Source of the DNA: a virus
Reading direction: 5' to 3' (one strand)
Length of the DNA stretch: 64,000 bases
IMG/VR virus record: IMGVR_UViG_3300023284_001318
Span: 600-64,599 of that record
Shown here piece by piece: positions 42,642 through 53,157 of the stretch (the stretch's first letter is position 1; every line of letters starts with the position of its first letter). The translations under genes were made by a program, and so were the position numbers. Below the pieces are notes generated by a model that was not told the DNA's origin, searched no databases, and saw only the letters and a list, made by a program, of their open reading frames with translations.

Positions 42642-44207
42642 ATGGCCACCGGCGACATAATCATACCCGTCAATGTACCGATGGGCGGAGAGCGGGGGGA
42701 CATTCCTGAGCATCAATTAGATGCTAATTTCTTCCGATTCCTTCAGAACTTCCATCTTGATACTAAGGGCCTCCTGACCCTCAGGGATGGCTATGAGCCT
42801 TTAGCTGCCACGGGACCCGCCGAAAGAGTGCAGGGGCTTGCCCATTTTATTAATGAAAACGGAGCCAATAGGACCGTAGCATCCGGGCCAACAAAACTAC
42901 AGACTTACGATGGTACATCTTGGACTGACAGAACGGGTCCTACGGTGATGACAGCATCAACACTACAGTTATCGCGTTTTCAGGTATTTGCAGAGGCGGG
43001 TGCTTACACAATTATTCATGTGAACGAGAAAGATGTAGTTCAAACAGGTGATGGCAGTGGCGTTTTTGCCAATCTGGGGGGAACTCCTCCTACGTTATCA
43101 GTTGATGTAGCTGCAGCGGCAAATAGGGTCCTTTTATTAAAGGGGCCGGATAATATCAGAATTAGCGATTTTAATAATTCTGCAGTTTGGCCAACTCTAT
43201 TGTCTGTTAGGTTAGTAGATACGGGAGATGTCAAGTTTGGCATGAAGAGGCTGGGCAAGCTCAATGCCGTAGTGATTTACGGTGATAGTTCTCAGACTCT
43301 AGCCAGGGCTCAGAGCGGCAGCTTCCCGTTTCGGTTCGATACTATCGACGAGAAGCCTGGGCCTATATCCAAAATGGTGGTGGTTGGTGACGGCAATATT
43401 CACTACTATTTAGGTGTTGACGGTATTGTATATAAATTCGATGGAGTAAATGTCGTGGCTTGGCATCGTGGTATGCAGGATTTTGTCAGCAGTAACCTTA
43501 ACTTTGATAATCGTAGAATGAGTCACGGGGTTTTGATTCGTCGATACCGCCTTATCTTTTGGTTCTTTCCCAGGGGGGCAGCTACGGCACCCAATGCCGG
43601 GGTGTATTTGGATATTGATCGAAGGTCTATGGGTAGGCTGGTGTTTGGAGAAATAACCGCTTCCTCACAATGGCAGACTGTATCTCTCATCACTTGGGCT
43701 AACGCACAGGGTAGTTGGGCGAGTAACCCGTACTCCACATGGGATTCACTTGGGGGGCCTGCTAATCAGAACGAGATGCTTGGGGATTCGGCTGGTCAGG
43801 TCCATGCCCTTGGGTCCGGCACAGGTGGGGATGACGGAGCGGAGATAGAAGGAATATTCGAGTTTCCATTAAGACCATGGGCTGGTCCAGACAAGAATTT
43901 TATTCCACTAGAGTTCGAGAGTTACTTCGGCAAGACAGTCAACTCGACCACCATTACTCCGGCTACCAGGGTGGGAGATACCCTGATGGCGACACCCTCT
44001 TTGGTGAATCAAAGCACCTTTGATATTACGACCGATCAGAGAAACTCAATAGATTTGGCAAGCGCCACGGGTGGTGAGGGCAAGAGATTCATGTCGCTCA
44101 GACATACCGTTACGACCTTGAATGAAGGCGGGAACGTGAAGTTCAAAGGCGGGATATTGTCGGGAACTGGCACGGAGGTTTCGGGTGGGCCTACGGGGGT
44201 GAATTAA
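42642..44207 (+). CDS. tail nozzle / tubular protein B-like (P22 gp10-like)
   Basis: 521 aa beta-propeller-like; QNF.LDTKG.L..R.GY. Confidence 0.65.
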   Translation: MATGDIIIPVNVPMGGERGDIPEHQLDANFFRFLQNFHLDTKGLLTLRDGYEPLAATGPAERVQGLAHFINENGANRTVASGPTKLQTYDGTSWTDRTGPTVMTASTLQLSRFQVFAEAGAYTIIHVNEKDVVQTGDGSGVFANLGGTPPTLSVDVAAAANRVLLLKGPDNIRISDFNNSAVWPTLLSVRLVDTGDVKFGMKRLGKLNAVVIYGDSSQTLARAQSGSFPFRFDTIDEKPGPISKMVVVGDGNIHYYLGVDGIVYKFDGVNVVAWHRGMQDFVSSNLNFDNRRMSHGVLIRRYRLIFWFFPRGAATAPNAGVYLDIDRRSMGRLVFGEITASSQWQTVSLITWANAQGSWASNPYSTWDSLGGPANQNEMLGDSAGQVHALGSGTGGDDGAEIEGIFEFPLRPWAGPDKNFIPLEFESYFGKTVNSTTITPATRVGDTLMATPSLVNQSTFDITTDQRNSIDLASATGGEGKRFMSLRHTVTTLNEGGNVKFKGGILSGTGTEVSGGPTGVN

Positions 44208-44208
44208 C

Positions 44209-44730
44209 GTGCCTGACCAAAGGGGAATTGTTAGAGTCCTCGTGCAACCTTCGTTGCCCGACTTCGACATCATCCCGCCGATGCTGAACGGGTTATCGGA
44301 GCGGGAGATGCTGCAGTCAAGGATCGTTCAGTTAGAGCAAAAGATTGACCAGATTATGTCGTATCTGGCATTGCAGCAACAAACGGCGGATTATGGATAC
44401 GATGTACTCGGTAAAAGAATCAACGAATTTGATGTAACGGCTGGTATCAGGGATTTCGTAACGGTGACTACTACAGCTCACACCGCCGATGATGATGGTG
44501 TGATCCTGGTAGACGACGATACTGCGGCGGCAACCGTAACCGTTACACTACCGGCGGCGGAGTTTGCCAGGGGGTTTATTTATCACATTAAGAAACTCGG
44601 CACGACCGCCAATGTGGTTGTAGACGGTAACGGCTCAGAGACTATTGATGATGCGACAACGGCAACTTTAACGGCCCAGTATGAATCAATAATGATTGTT
44701 TGCGACGGCTCAAACTGGCACATAATCTGA
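44209..44730 (+). CDS. virion tail protein
   Basis: VTLPAA...G.IY.IKK...V.VDGNGSETIDD motif typical of tail proteins. Confidence 0.6.
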   Translation: MPDQRGIVRVLVQPSLPDFDIIPPMLNGLSEREMLQSRIVQLEQKIDQIMSYLALQQQTADYGYDVLGKRINEFDVTAGIRDFVTVTTTAHTADDDGVILVDDDTAAATVTVTLPAAEFARGFIYHIKKLGTTANVVVDGNGSETIDDATTATLTAQYESIMIVCDGSNWHII

Positions 44731-45287
44731 TGGCCTATAAACCAAGCGGCGATACTCTAACTATTCATGGGCGAACCTCGCAGTATGTGGTCGGAGGATT
44801 CGCAGAGACGTTTTCTGTCTCGGGTGATTTTTCGGCCATTGCACTTACCACGGGGTTTATGTTGGTTGATCTTTCAGACACTACCAATTGGCCTCATACA
44901 AATACGGGTCATATAGTCATCGACTATATAATACTAGAGGCCGAGCCAACCACTACCTTTCGCGGATCAATTGAGCTTGGGTATCTGAAAAATGTTGACG
45001 GCACAGACGGCGATTTTGTTGAAATTAATGGATTTGATTTTACGCAGAAATCAGACGTATTGCTTGAGGCGATTGATTTTGGGTCTCATGGTCTGCATTG
45101 TATCGACGCTCATCACTTTGGTCTGACTACCGTCAATAGCACTATCTTTCAGACGGACGTAGACATAGAAGGAGTAGACGGTAATACCAGTTATTCATCG
45201 GGGGCTGGCGATTTGGTGTTGTTGGTTACTCGAACGGCAGGGACCGTGGACGTGGAAGTTACTATTGGATATGAGACGGTAGCATGA
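44700..45287 (+). CDS. virion protein
   Basis: ORF. Confidence 0.5.
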   Translation: MRRLKLAHNLMAYKPSGDTLTIHGRTSQYVVGGFAETFSVSGDFSAIALTTGFMLVDLSDTTNWPHTNTGHIVIDYIILEAEPTTTFRGSIELGYLKNVDGTDGDFVEINGFDFTQKSDVLLEAIDFGSHGLHCIDAHHFGLTTVNSTIFQTDVDIEGVDGNTSYSSGAGDLVLLVTRTAGTVDVEVTIGYETVA

Positions 45288-45299
45288 GGACGTAGATAA

Positions 45300-45863
45300 A
45301 TGCCCGAAGGACCCCCACTCTTAGACCAAGCCGTTACTCCTGCGCAGCCCCTTAATGGGCATGACACAGAGCCCGTTGAGGCTTATCCGGCGGGGGATTA
45401 TTCCGTGGTGAAGCTGATGAATACGGATGACCTTTGCCGAAGTCTGTTTCCCAAGTTTGTGGAAAGAGCCACCGGATTCATAGACAGGATGGGTGTCACA
45501 ACGGATAAGGTCTGGTTGGGCCAGGTCCTTTATAATGCTTTTGCTACGCGGTCGCCGCATGTATTGATGCTGGTGGCGTTAGATAAAGACAGCAAGATGG
45601 TGGCACACGCGATTGTGCTGCCTGAGATTCAGGGTACGGAAGGATGGATCGCGCAGGTCTTGCAGCTAGAGAAAGACCACGACATACACGATGATGAGAT
45701 ATTTAAAGTAGGGCATGAAGTTATGGAAAAATGGACCAAGGATCTAGGGATGTCCAAGATGTTTAATCAGACAAATAAGGTTGCGAGGGCAAGATATTTT
45801 GAGAGATTCGGGTATGAAATCAAACGCTGGATCAGCGTGAAGGATTTGAATAAGGAGGAATAG
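45300..45863 (+). CDS. GNAT-fold-like protein preceding the ejection proteins
   Basis: position; ARARYFERFGY C-terminal motif. Confidence 0.45.
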   Translation: MPEGPPLLDQAVTPAQPLNGHDTEPVEAYPAGDYSVVKLMNTDDLCRSLFPKFVERATGFIDRMGVTTDKVWLGQVLYNAFATRSPHVLMLVALDKDSKMVAHAIVLPEIQGTEGWIAQVLQLEKDHDIHDDEIFKVGHEVMEKWTKDLGMSKMFNQTNKVARARYFERFGYEIKRWISVKDLNKEE

Positions 45864-45866
45864 CCA

Positions 45867-47189
45867 ATGAGTCTTGGTGGAGGAAGTAGCGGAAGTAGTC
45901 AGAGCACAACCCAACAGACAATTGCGCCCGAATTAGCTCCGTTGTTCGCTCAGACAGGAAGCCAGCTCCAGCGCCTTCAGGGCTTCTCCCCGTTTAACTT
46001 CCAAGGCCCCTTTCCCGGCTTCTTCCCACAGGCGGGAGGGCAACAACCCGGTGGTCAGCCCCAGGTAGCTCAAATCCCCGGCCTTGGTACCCCGACCTTT
46101 GTGCCGGCTGGGTTGGGCACGCAGATTCCTGGTTTAGCGGCCCCTGCTGTTTTCACTGATGATGATCTACGCAGGCTAAGTGCCTTAACCAGTACAGGAT
46201 CGCTCGGTGAAGGTGAGCCTGACGCTCTAACTCCAACTCAAAGAGCAGAACGCGATGCTCTGTTGGCGAAACAGCAACAAAGCCAGGCCGGCGGAGGAGG
46301 TGGTGGTGCTGGTGCAGCAGGTTTTGGAGGAGTTGGTACTGGAGGCTTGGGGGGAGTTGGTACTGGAGGCTTGGGGGGAGGTGGAGCAAGCGGTCTTCCC
46401 GGCACTCCGCTCGATGAGTTCCTCTTTCCACGACCACAGCAAATTCCTGGCTTTACCCCTAGTCAATTCGATGTTCTTGGTCAGCAACAACAAAGGGCTT
46501 TTGGGCCACAGATAACACCTCAGGAGCAACAAGCTCAGAATCTAGCCGGCGGATTTGGACAATTGCGCTTCCCGGAAGCCTCCGCCCTTGGTCTTTCTCA
46601 GAATTTTGGCGGCCTAAGGTTTCCAGAACTCTTAGGCTTAGGACAAATTGGGCAATTTGCCGGTGGAGAGATTGGACAATCGCCCGCAACTCTTGCCGCT
46701 ATGGCGGCGGTTCGAGGGCCTGTTCTAAACGATTTAGCTCTAGCTGGTCTAGGCAACTCAGGTGCCGTGGGAACGGAGCTGGCGGGCGCGTTCGCGCCCA
46801 TTCTAGCCCAAGAGTTGCAAATCAGAGCGGGAGTCATCCCGCAACTCTTAGGTCTTGGTCAGCAACTCCGAGGAGGGGATGTTAGTGCGGCAAACCTACA
46901 GTCTCAGATTGGTGAGAGACTAAGAGCGGGGGATGTGGCAGGGGCTAATCTCCTTGCCCAGCAGGGGCAGGTCCTGGACCTGAGAGAGAGTAGGCGGCTC
47001 GGGGAGCTTGGGGCCACAGCGGAGCAGCAGCGGACGCTACAGCAACAACAGCAAGAAGCTATTTTTAACGATTTCTTGAGAAGACAGGGGATCGGATCGT
47101 CTTTAACGACGGGTCTTTTGGGCGGATTTCCTGCAGGACTCGGTGCTGGGGCAGTGACAACGACCGAGGGTGGAGGAGCGAGTAAATAA
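45867..47189 (+). CDS. internal virion / DNA ejection protein
   Basis: Gly/Gln-rich; GGGSSGSSQSTTQQT start; tandem GGVGTGGL. Confidence 0.6.
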   Translation: MSLGGGSSGSSQSTTQQTIAPELAPLFAQTGSQLQRLQGFSPFNFQGPFPGFFPQAGGQQPGGQPQVAQIPGLGTPTFVPAGLGTQIPGLAAPAVFTDDDLRRLSALTSTGSLGEGEPDALTPTQRAERDALLAKQQQSQAGGGGGGAGAAGFGGVGTGGLGGVGTGGLGGGGASGLPGTPLDEFLFPRPQQIPGFTPSQFDVLGQQQQRAFGPQITPQEQQAQNLAGGFGQLRFPEASALGLSQNFGGLRFPELLGLGQIGQFAGGEIGQSPATLAAMAAVRGPVLNDLALAGLGNSGAVGTELAGAFAPILAQELQIRAGVIPQLLGLGQQLRGGDVSAANLQSQIGERLRAGDVAGANLLAQQGQVLDLRESRRLGELGATAEQQRTLQQQQQEAIFNDFLRRQGIGSSLTTGLLGGFPAGLGAGAVTTTEGGGASK

Positions 47190-47926
47190 TGAGCGAAAGA
47201 TTACTTCCGATATTGGGGACCGTCTTAGGAACTGCTGCTGGGACGGCAATTGGACAGCCGCAGCTTGGGGCTGTTGCTGGTGGTGCACTCGGAGGTTTGG
47301 GGGGAGGAGCTATTAAGGGTAACCCTCTGCAGGGCCTAGCGAGCGGGGCCATTGGTGGTGCTGGAAGCGCCATAGGGTCTCAGTTCTTAGGGCCGTTGCT
47401 CGGTAAGGGGTTGGGGAAGGTGTTGCCGGAGTTGTCTGATGAGGCTATAGGGCAGGCTGTGTTCGCCGGAGAAGAAGGGGTGGGGGATATCTTCTCAGCA
47501 GGATTGCCCCCCCGTTTGAGCGGCTTTGACGCAACGTCCGCCTTAACTCAGAGTCCATTTGCCGAAGGAATAGGAGCAGGAGTCGGGATAAAGACTGGGC
47601 AGATAACAGGAGCAACGGGACTACCTGGGCTTGCTGGCCCACTTGTGGAAGAAAGATTAGCTCTTGGTCCCGCTCAAGGCACCGGATTGTTAGGCTTTTC
47701 TAGCAATCAGATTGGTCGTGGGGTCGGAGGTTTAATTGGCGGCGGCCTTGCTGGTACCGTAGCGAGTCAATTAATTCAAGGTGGCGGTCCTCAGCCCGTG
47801 GCGCCCCCCAGCCTACCGGCCAATATAGGACCTCGCCCAGCGGCACCCCCTAATTTACAACAATTTGTGGTTAGAACAGGTGGCGGACTTCCCCAGACCT
47901 TAGAAGAATTGCTTCGGAGACGCTAG
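47189..47926 (+). CDS. Gly-rich ejection (pilot) protein
   Basis: GxxxG-rich hydrophobic segments. Confidence 0.55.
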   Translation: MSERLLPILGTVLGTAAGTAIGQPQLGAVAGGALGGLGGGAIKGNPLQGLASGAIGGAGSAIGSQFLGPLLGKGLGKVLPELSDEAIGQAVFAGEEGVGDIFSAGLPPRLSGFDATSALTQSPFAEGIGAGVGIKTGQITGATGLPGLAGPLVEERLALGPAQGTGLLGFSSNQIGRGVGGLIGGGLAGTVASQLIQGGGPQPVAPPSLPANIGPRPAAPPNLQQFVVRTGGGLPQTLEELLRRR

Positions 47927-49186
47927 ATGGACCAGATTGCACAGGCCTTTAGTTCAACGGCTCAAGGAGTCCCAGGCACTGCGCAGCCCATAACAGGCCA
48001 GGAGCTGCTTTTAAGGGCTTTAGGGGCCATAACTAACCCCCAGAGAGCCATAAACGTCCCTGATACGACCCTGGGGCGGCTATCCGGTCTTTTGTCCAGG
48101 GGGGTAGGCGGGATAGCTGGTGCCAAGGCCGAGGACCTACAGAGGCTGAGATTGGATCCGGTGGCTAGGCAACAGGGGTTGCAGCAATCTGCTATTGAGG
48201 CTTTTAGGGCCATACCGACCACACAGCAAGCCCCAATTCAGGGGGGCGAGGGGATTCTTGCTCAAACCACTCCCCGTGGGGTTAAAACCTTAGAGCCTGG
48301 ACCCGTTACGGGGACTATTCCGAAACCTATTAGAAGTGTTGCTGGTGCTTTGAGAAGGTCCGGTGATCCGAATGCTCTATTAGGTGGGGGGCTTCCTTTA
48401 ATAAAGGCCCTTGTGGGTGAGCCACCGGAGCAATTTACACTAGGAAAAGAAGGCAGGCGGTTCGAGGTCGGTCCCGATGGTCAACCCGTGGTGATAGCAG
48501 AGGGGGCACCAGGGGAACCGAAGAAACTCGGGGGTGTGGGGGAAAAGATTGAAGCGATTCTTCAAGCAAGAGGGTTCAAGCGTTTTTCGGATGTACCGAC
48601 AAATAAAGAGCGTGAAGAAATAAGAGTCCAGGCACGAAATGAAGTTCGTGCTGACCGACTTGCAGAAGCTAGAGAAAAGGGGTTGGCTGAGGCAGGATTA
48701 GGGATTCTTACAGAAGCTCAGACAGGAAGATTCCTTGCTAAAGAGCAAGTTATTGGGCGTATTGATAAAGTTATCGAGATATTGCGAGTAGACTTCGCTG
48801 GAGGAGGGACATTCTCAAATGCTGTCCGTGAGGCAATTATCAGGAATAATACGGTTGCTTCAGTTCTCGATGCTCAATTAATTCCTCTTTCGGCAGTTAC
48901 TCCTGGGGAAGAAAAACGAGTTGCTGCTTACAATTTAGCATTAACGGAACTTCGAAGTTTAGTAAACGAATCTCGACCTAGTGACTTTGATGCGAAACGA
49001 GCACTTAGGGCTTTGGGTGAAGGAGGGTTGCTTACAAATCCAAAGAGAAGACTCACCCAGCTCCTTACAACGAGAAAAGCACTTGCACAAGAATTCAACA
49101 GAAGCTTGAAAGCGTTTCGTAATCGAACCGTCGAAAGTTTTACATCTATACCCTTGTTAAAGAATCCAGATTTAATTATAGAGTAA
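47927..49186 (+). CDS. internal virion / ejection protein
   Basis: helical; position. Confidence 0.55.
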   Translation: MDQIAQAFSSTAQGVPGTAQPITGQELLLRALGAITNPQRAINVPDTTLGRLSGLLSRGVGGIAGAKAEDLQRLRLDPVARQQGLQQSAIEAFRAIPTTQQAPIQGGEGILAQTTPRGVKTLEPGPVTGTIPKPIRSVAGALRRSGDPNALLGGGLPLIKALVGEPPEQFTLGKEGRRFEVGPDGQPVVIAEGAPGEPKKLGGVGEKIEAILQARGFKRFSDVPTNKEREEIRVQARNEVRADRLAEAREKGLAEAGLGILTEAQTGRFLAKEQVIGRIDKVIEILRVDFAGGGTFSNAVREAIIRNNTVASVLDAQLIPLSAVTPGEEKRVAAYNLALTELRSLVNESRPSDFDAKRALRALGEGGLLTNPKRRLTQLLTTRKALAQEFNRSLKAFRNRTVESFTSIPLLKNPDLIIE

Positions 49187-49187
49187 A

Positions 49188-51248
49188 ATGCCGACATTTA
49201 AGAACAGAAAAACTGGACGGTCCATTGAGATTTCAGAAGCTGAACGTCCATTATTACAGAAAATGATTGATTCAGGCGAGATCCAAACAGTTGATGATTA
49301 TGTTATAAGCCGACAACTTCAGGCTGGGCAGCCACGCACTGACCCTGCAGTAGAAAAAGAACAGATTCAGGGGTTTGTTAATGCTTTGCCGGGTCTTATC
49401 GGCGGCATTAGTGGGCCTGCACTTTTAGGTCGTGGTATCGGGGCTGCAGCTAGTTTTTTGCCGAAAGTTCTACAAAAGATAGGCACTGGGCTTTCACAAA
49501 GAGTTATTGCTTCTGGTATCGGTGGCGCTATCGGCGAAGAAGTAGGTGCCAGGTTTCAAGGCAGAGAACCAGAGACTAAAAGAGTTATCGGTGAACAGGT
49601 AACGGGGGAGTTGGTGGGGGCAGGATTGGTTGGGCTTGCGAAAAAGTCCCTTGGTCCTTTTGCCGGATCAGCAAAGGTCGAAGACCTTCCATTTATTAAA
49701 GGGGCACGAGAAGCTGGAATCACTGTACGACCAGCGCAAGTATCACGTTCGTTCATACTTCAGGTACTTGATAATATCGCAGAAGGAGCGCCCTCTTCTG
49801 GAAGAATAATAATAGAGAGCCAACAAGCACAGCAATCTTTTATCAATAGAATTGGCGGTGAGTTTGCTGAACAGTTTGGGAAGAAAGTAGATCCAGATAT
49901 TGCGGGTAATGTTATTCAAGGGGCAATTCAAGGTCGGGCAGATACTTTTCAATCAGTGATATCCGGTTTGTATAAACGGGTAGACAATGAAATGATGAGA
50001 GCAGCTAGAGAGAAGGTTGCAAAGGAAGGTCCTGGTGCATTTAAACCTGGTGTTGCAGAAACAATCGAGACCACAGCTAGGGATTTAGGCACTGAAGGGA
50101 TCGCAGCGGGTATTCAGCCGCCTGTTTCTCCTCCCGTATTGTTTACCGCCGCTGGTCAACCAATGCAACAATCTACCGCGTTATCGAATTTAATAAGGCG
50201 TATTGGCGCAGGGGAAGCGAACGCCGAAGAGATTGCTTCAGCGGGGTTTGGGGTTGACTTGAGACCGGCAAAACAGATTGCATTACAGAGCCTACGAAGA
50301 AGACCTGTTTCTTTAACACCCTCTAAGACAGGAACAGATATTGCTTCTCAGATTTTAGATGAAGCAGACTTCGTTACTTTTTCTCAGGGAGCAGCGTTGA
50401 GATCAGATTTACTTGCTCTAACGCGAGGAAGAGAGGGATTAACGTCCAGTTCGCTTTCAGGGAGAATTGCCAGTTCTGTTGATAATTCGTTAGAAGAGGC
50501 TGGCAAATCCTTAAATCCAGAGGCCTTTCAATTATGGAGAACGGCTAATGCTCTACATAGAAATGGAGTTGAAGGATTTAGGAATCCATTTATTCGTGGG
50601 ATTCTGCAGAAAAATCCTGAAGTAGTTGCTAGGGCAACCTTCAAGCCTGGAAACATTACTGACATCCGACGACTAAGAAGAGCTGCAGGAGCCGAGGCGT
50701 TTCAAAGCTATAGTGGTCCTGCTATGGATATACTTTTCAAAAGAGCATCAGATGCAAATCAGAATATTAGTGGGAAGGGCTTATTAAAAGCAATCAATGT
50801 TTTCGGAGACCCGACATTGAGAGAATCGTTTGGACATGGGACGCTATCTGAACTCAAAAAATTTGCTAGAACGGCAACAATCCTTCAAGAAGGAAAAGAA
50901 ACGAATATCGGGAAAGTATTGGTGCAACTTAAAACTGCTGGATTGATAGTAAATTTAGCCAGACGTGGACAAAGGCTTGTTTCATCAACTTTTCTGATTG
51001 CACCACGAGTATTAGCAAAGATGTTTACTAATCCAAAAACAGCTAAGTTTTTAACAGAAGGATTCGGTATAGACGCCAACACTCCCAAAGGAATTAAGTT
51101 TGCTGCCAAATTAATCGATGAGGCAACTCGTGCAGGGGCCAAGATTGCTGTTACGGGGACAGTAGAAGGAGGAAGGCAGTTACTACAAGCAGGGAGACAA
51201 AAAATCGAAGAGACTTTCAGCGAAGGGCTGCCTGCGTTCTCTCGCTAA
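49188..51248 (+). CDS. large DNA ejection protein
   Basis: 686 aa helical, last gene of the virion module. Confidence 0.6.
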   Translation: MPTFKNRKTGRSIEISEAERPLLQKMIDSGEIQTVDDYVISRQLQAGQPRTDPAVEKEQIQGFVNALPGLIGGISGPALLGRGIGAAASFLPKVLQKIGTGLSQRVIASGIGGAIGEEVGARFQGREPETKRVIGEQVTGELVGAGLVGLAKKSLGPFAGSAKVEDLPFIKGAREAGITVRPAQVSRSFILQVLDNIAEGAPSSGRIIIESQQAQQSFINRIGGEFAEQFGKKVDPDIAGNVIQGAIQGRADTFQSVISGLYKRVDNEMMRAAREKVAKEGPGAFKPGVAETIETTARDLGTEGIAAGIQPPVSPPVLFTAAGQPMQQSTALSNLIRRIGAGEANAEEIASAGFGVDLRPAKQIALQSLRRRPVSLTPSKTGTDIASQILDEADFVTFSQGAALRSDLLALTRGREGLTSSSLSGRIASSVDNSLEEAGKSLNPEAFQLWRTANALHRNGVEGFRNPFIRGILQKNPEVVARATFKPGNITDIRRLRRAAGAEAFQSYSGPAMDILFKRASDANQNISGKGLLKAINVFGDPTLRESFGHGTLSELKKFARTATILQEGKETNIGKVLVQLKTAGLIVNLARRGQRLVSSTFLIAPRVLAKMFTNPKTAKFLTEGFGIDANTPKGIKFAAKLIDEATRAGAKIAVTGTVEGGRQLLQAGRQKIEETFSEGLPAFSR

Positions 51249-51260
51249 CTCAGTGAACAT

Positions 51261-51404
51261 CTACACCAGGGCATATACTAGGACTACCGCTAGTATGACG
51301 ATAAAAATCAAAAATATAGCTGAAAATATAAAGGCTATGATCTCTTGCCCGAGTTCAGTACCTAAGACCAAGATCAAAAGCAATATTATGATTAGCCATT
51401 CCAT
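51261..51404 (-). CDS. 47-aa two-TM membrane protein
   Basis: MEWLIIILLLILVLGTELGQEIIAFIFSAIFLIFIVILAVVLVYALV; AGAGGG RBS. Confidence 0.6.
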   Translation of the reverse strand: MEWLIIILLLILVLGTELGQEIIAFIFSAIFLIFIVILAVVLVYALV

Positions 51405-51453
51405 GATTCAACCCTCTATTCTCGCTGTACCACTGAAGTGGAGGTAGTGCAAC

Positions 51454-51876
51454 ATGGCGATAAAAAATGTTGAGGAGATGCTGATCCGAGATGAAGGATT
51501 TAGGGCTAGGCCCTACAGAGATCATCTTGGCCATTGGACTGTAGGGTATGGTTATTCACTTGAAACTGGGCCACCCCTTAGTGAAGAGACCGCAAGAATT
51601 ATCCTGAGAGAGCATGTCGGTATGTTCGTAAACGATTTACATAGTCGCTTGCCCTGGACGAAACAACTATCTCAACCCCGATTTGGCGTACTTGTCAACA
51701 TGGCTTTTAACCTCGGGATCCATGGTCTTATGAGCTTCAGGAGGATGCTAAGAGCAGCAGAAGCCGGAGACCACGATAGGGTTGGAGATGAGATGCTTAA
51801 TTCCCGTTGGGCTCAACAGGTAGGGGATAGGGCGGAGAGGCTTGTTAGACAATGGCGAACTAACGAATGGGTTTAG
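51454..51876 (+). CDS. endolysin, T4-like lysozyme (GH24)
   Basis: LIRDEGFRARPYRDHLGHWTVGYG...LVNMAFNLG...SRWAQQVGDRAERL. Confidence 0.92.
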   Translation: MAIKNVEEMLIRDEGFRARPYRDHLGHWTVGYGYSLETGPPLSEETARIILREHVGMFVNDLHSRLPWTKQLSQPRFGVLVNMAFNLGIHGLMSFRRMLRAAEAGDHDRVGDEMLNSRWAQQVGDRAERLVRQWRTNEWV

Positions 51877-51888
51877 GAGGACAACACC

Positions 51889-52239
51889 ATGATAGCACCC
51901 AACAACAACACAATGCTTATTCGCTGGCTCCTTGCCGGCATAATGCTGGCCTTTCTGGGAGTCTTGGGCTTCCTTGGTACCTCTATGTCTGGGGAGTTAA
52001 GGGAACTGCGTAAGGGTGCGATTGACTCAAGGGCCAGGGTGTCTGTTGTCGAGACCATGGTAGACAATATCCGAGACGACACGCAAGAAATTAAGCAGGA
52101 CGTTAAGGATACCCAAGAGGATGTGCGAACGATAGACAAGAATATCTCCGATATCAAACAGATGATTATGGAGCAGGAGTTGAGAAGAATGAGGGAGGCG
52201 AGGAGCAAGGGGCTCAGGCCGGGCGCCCTTGTGCCCTAG
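51889..52239 (+). CDS. TM plus coiled-coil lysis-module protein
   Basis: one TM followed by heptads. Confidence 0.5.
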   Translation: MIAPNNNTMLIRWLLAGIMLAFLGVLGFLGTSMSGELRELRKGAIDSRARVSVVETMVDNIRDDTQEIKQDVKDTQEDVRTIDKNISDIKQMIMEQELRRMREARSKGLRPGALVP

Positions 52240-52250
52240 ATAGGGAGGCT

Positions 52251-52427
52251 ATGATGTATATAGAAATTTTCCGCTCTCTCGTCAGGCCCGTTGCTACCCT
52301 AGCAATCGTGGCTGCTATAATTGCCGGGTTTTTCATGGGGCTAGTAGCTCCCGAGGCATTTATGGGCGTAGCTATTTTGATTGTTAAATATTGGTTCGAT
52401 GCACCGGACGAAGTTAAGAAACAATGA
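52251..52427 (+). CDS. putative holin (58 aa, 2 TM)
   Basis: MMYIEIFRSLVRPVATLAIVAAIIAGFFMGLVAPEAFMGVAILIVKYWFD..; GGGAGG RBS. Confidence 0.55.
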   Translation: MMYIEIFRSLVRPVATLAIVAAIIAGFFMGLVAPEAFMGVAILIVKYWFDAPDEVKKQ

Positions 52428-52611
52428 CCCAAAACAAAGCCCACCTACTCAAGACCGCTGAGGATGAGATGATGGCCTGGGCCGACACTCTGCCAATATG
52501 GAAGCGAGCCGTGCTGTACCGCTACCTGAATGGGTCGGGCATTACCCTGGACCGCTGTCCTAAGATTATAGAAGATGGGCTCAAAGCGGAGGCGAGCAAA
52601 GAGTTCTTTCC

Positions 52612-52980
52612 GTGAAAACCTCCATCCTGATTCTTGCCCTCTTTCTTTTTGCCTGTACCCCGCCAATTATTAACCGAGCAACACTCATTGAGAATCTTGA
52701 CCTGATTTTACAGCTTGAGGAAAAAACAGACATTCTCAAACAGAGAGTTAATTTATTGATTTATTTCGGGGTTTACCCCGTAGAGATTGCTTTAGAAATC
52801 AAGCAGCACCGTGATGTTTACTATCCTTATTATCTAATTGCCAATTACTACCTTGCTCATGGGCAATTAGAAAAATACGAAGAAGCCTTTCGCCTCGCAG
52901 AGGCCGAGCTAATCGCTATGGAAGAATTAATTAACGAATCAATTAAGAGCAACGCCCCTGATAGAGGGTCTGTTTTCTAA
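52612..52980 (+). CDS. lipoprotein (possible o-spanin)
   Basis: LFAC lipobox, within the lysis module. Confidence 0.5.
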   Translation: MKTSILILALFLFACTPPIINRATLIENLDLILQLEEKTDILKQRVNLLIYFGVYPVEIALEIKQHRDVYYPYYLIANYYLAHGQLEKYEEAFRLAEAELIAMEELINESIKSNAPDRGSVF

Positions 52981-53089
52981 CCAAACCTACCACTAATAGG
53001 GGTCAATAAGCTCTTTGCCTCTATTCCTAGTAGCCCGTCCCCTGGCACCCTCCTCCTTAAAATAAATTGAAAATAATTGATAAAGGGGG

Positions 53090-53118
53090 TTGACAAGTGT
53101 CGGCAAGTGTCATAAATT
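53090..53118 (+). promoter_or_regulatory. sigma70-like promoter
   Basis: TTGACA-17-TAAATT. Confidence 0.75.
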
Positions 53119-53157
53119 GAGCGGCATGATAGAAATCAATTTTAACAGGAGGTAGTT

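Noticed and set aside
51253-51447. + strand 64-aa ORF
   Set aside because: The minus-strand membrane ORF has an RBS and coherent composition; this is its shadow.
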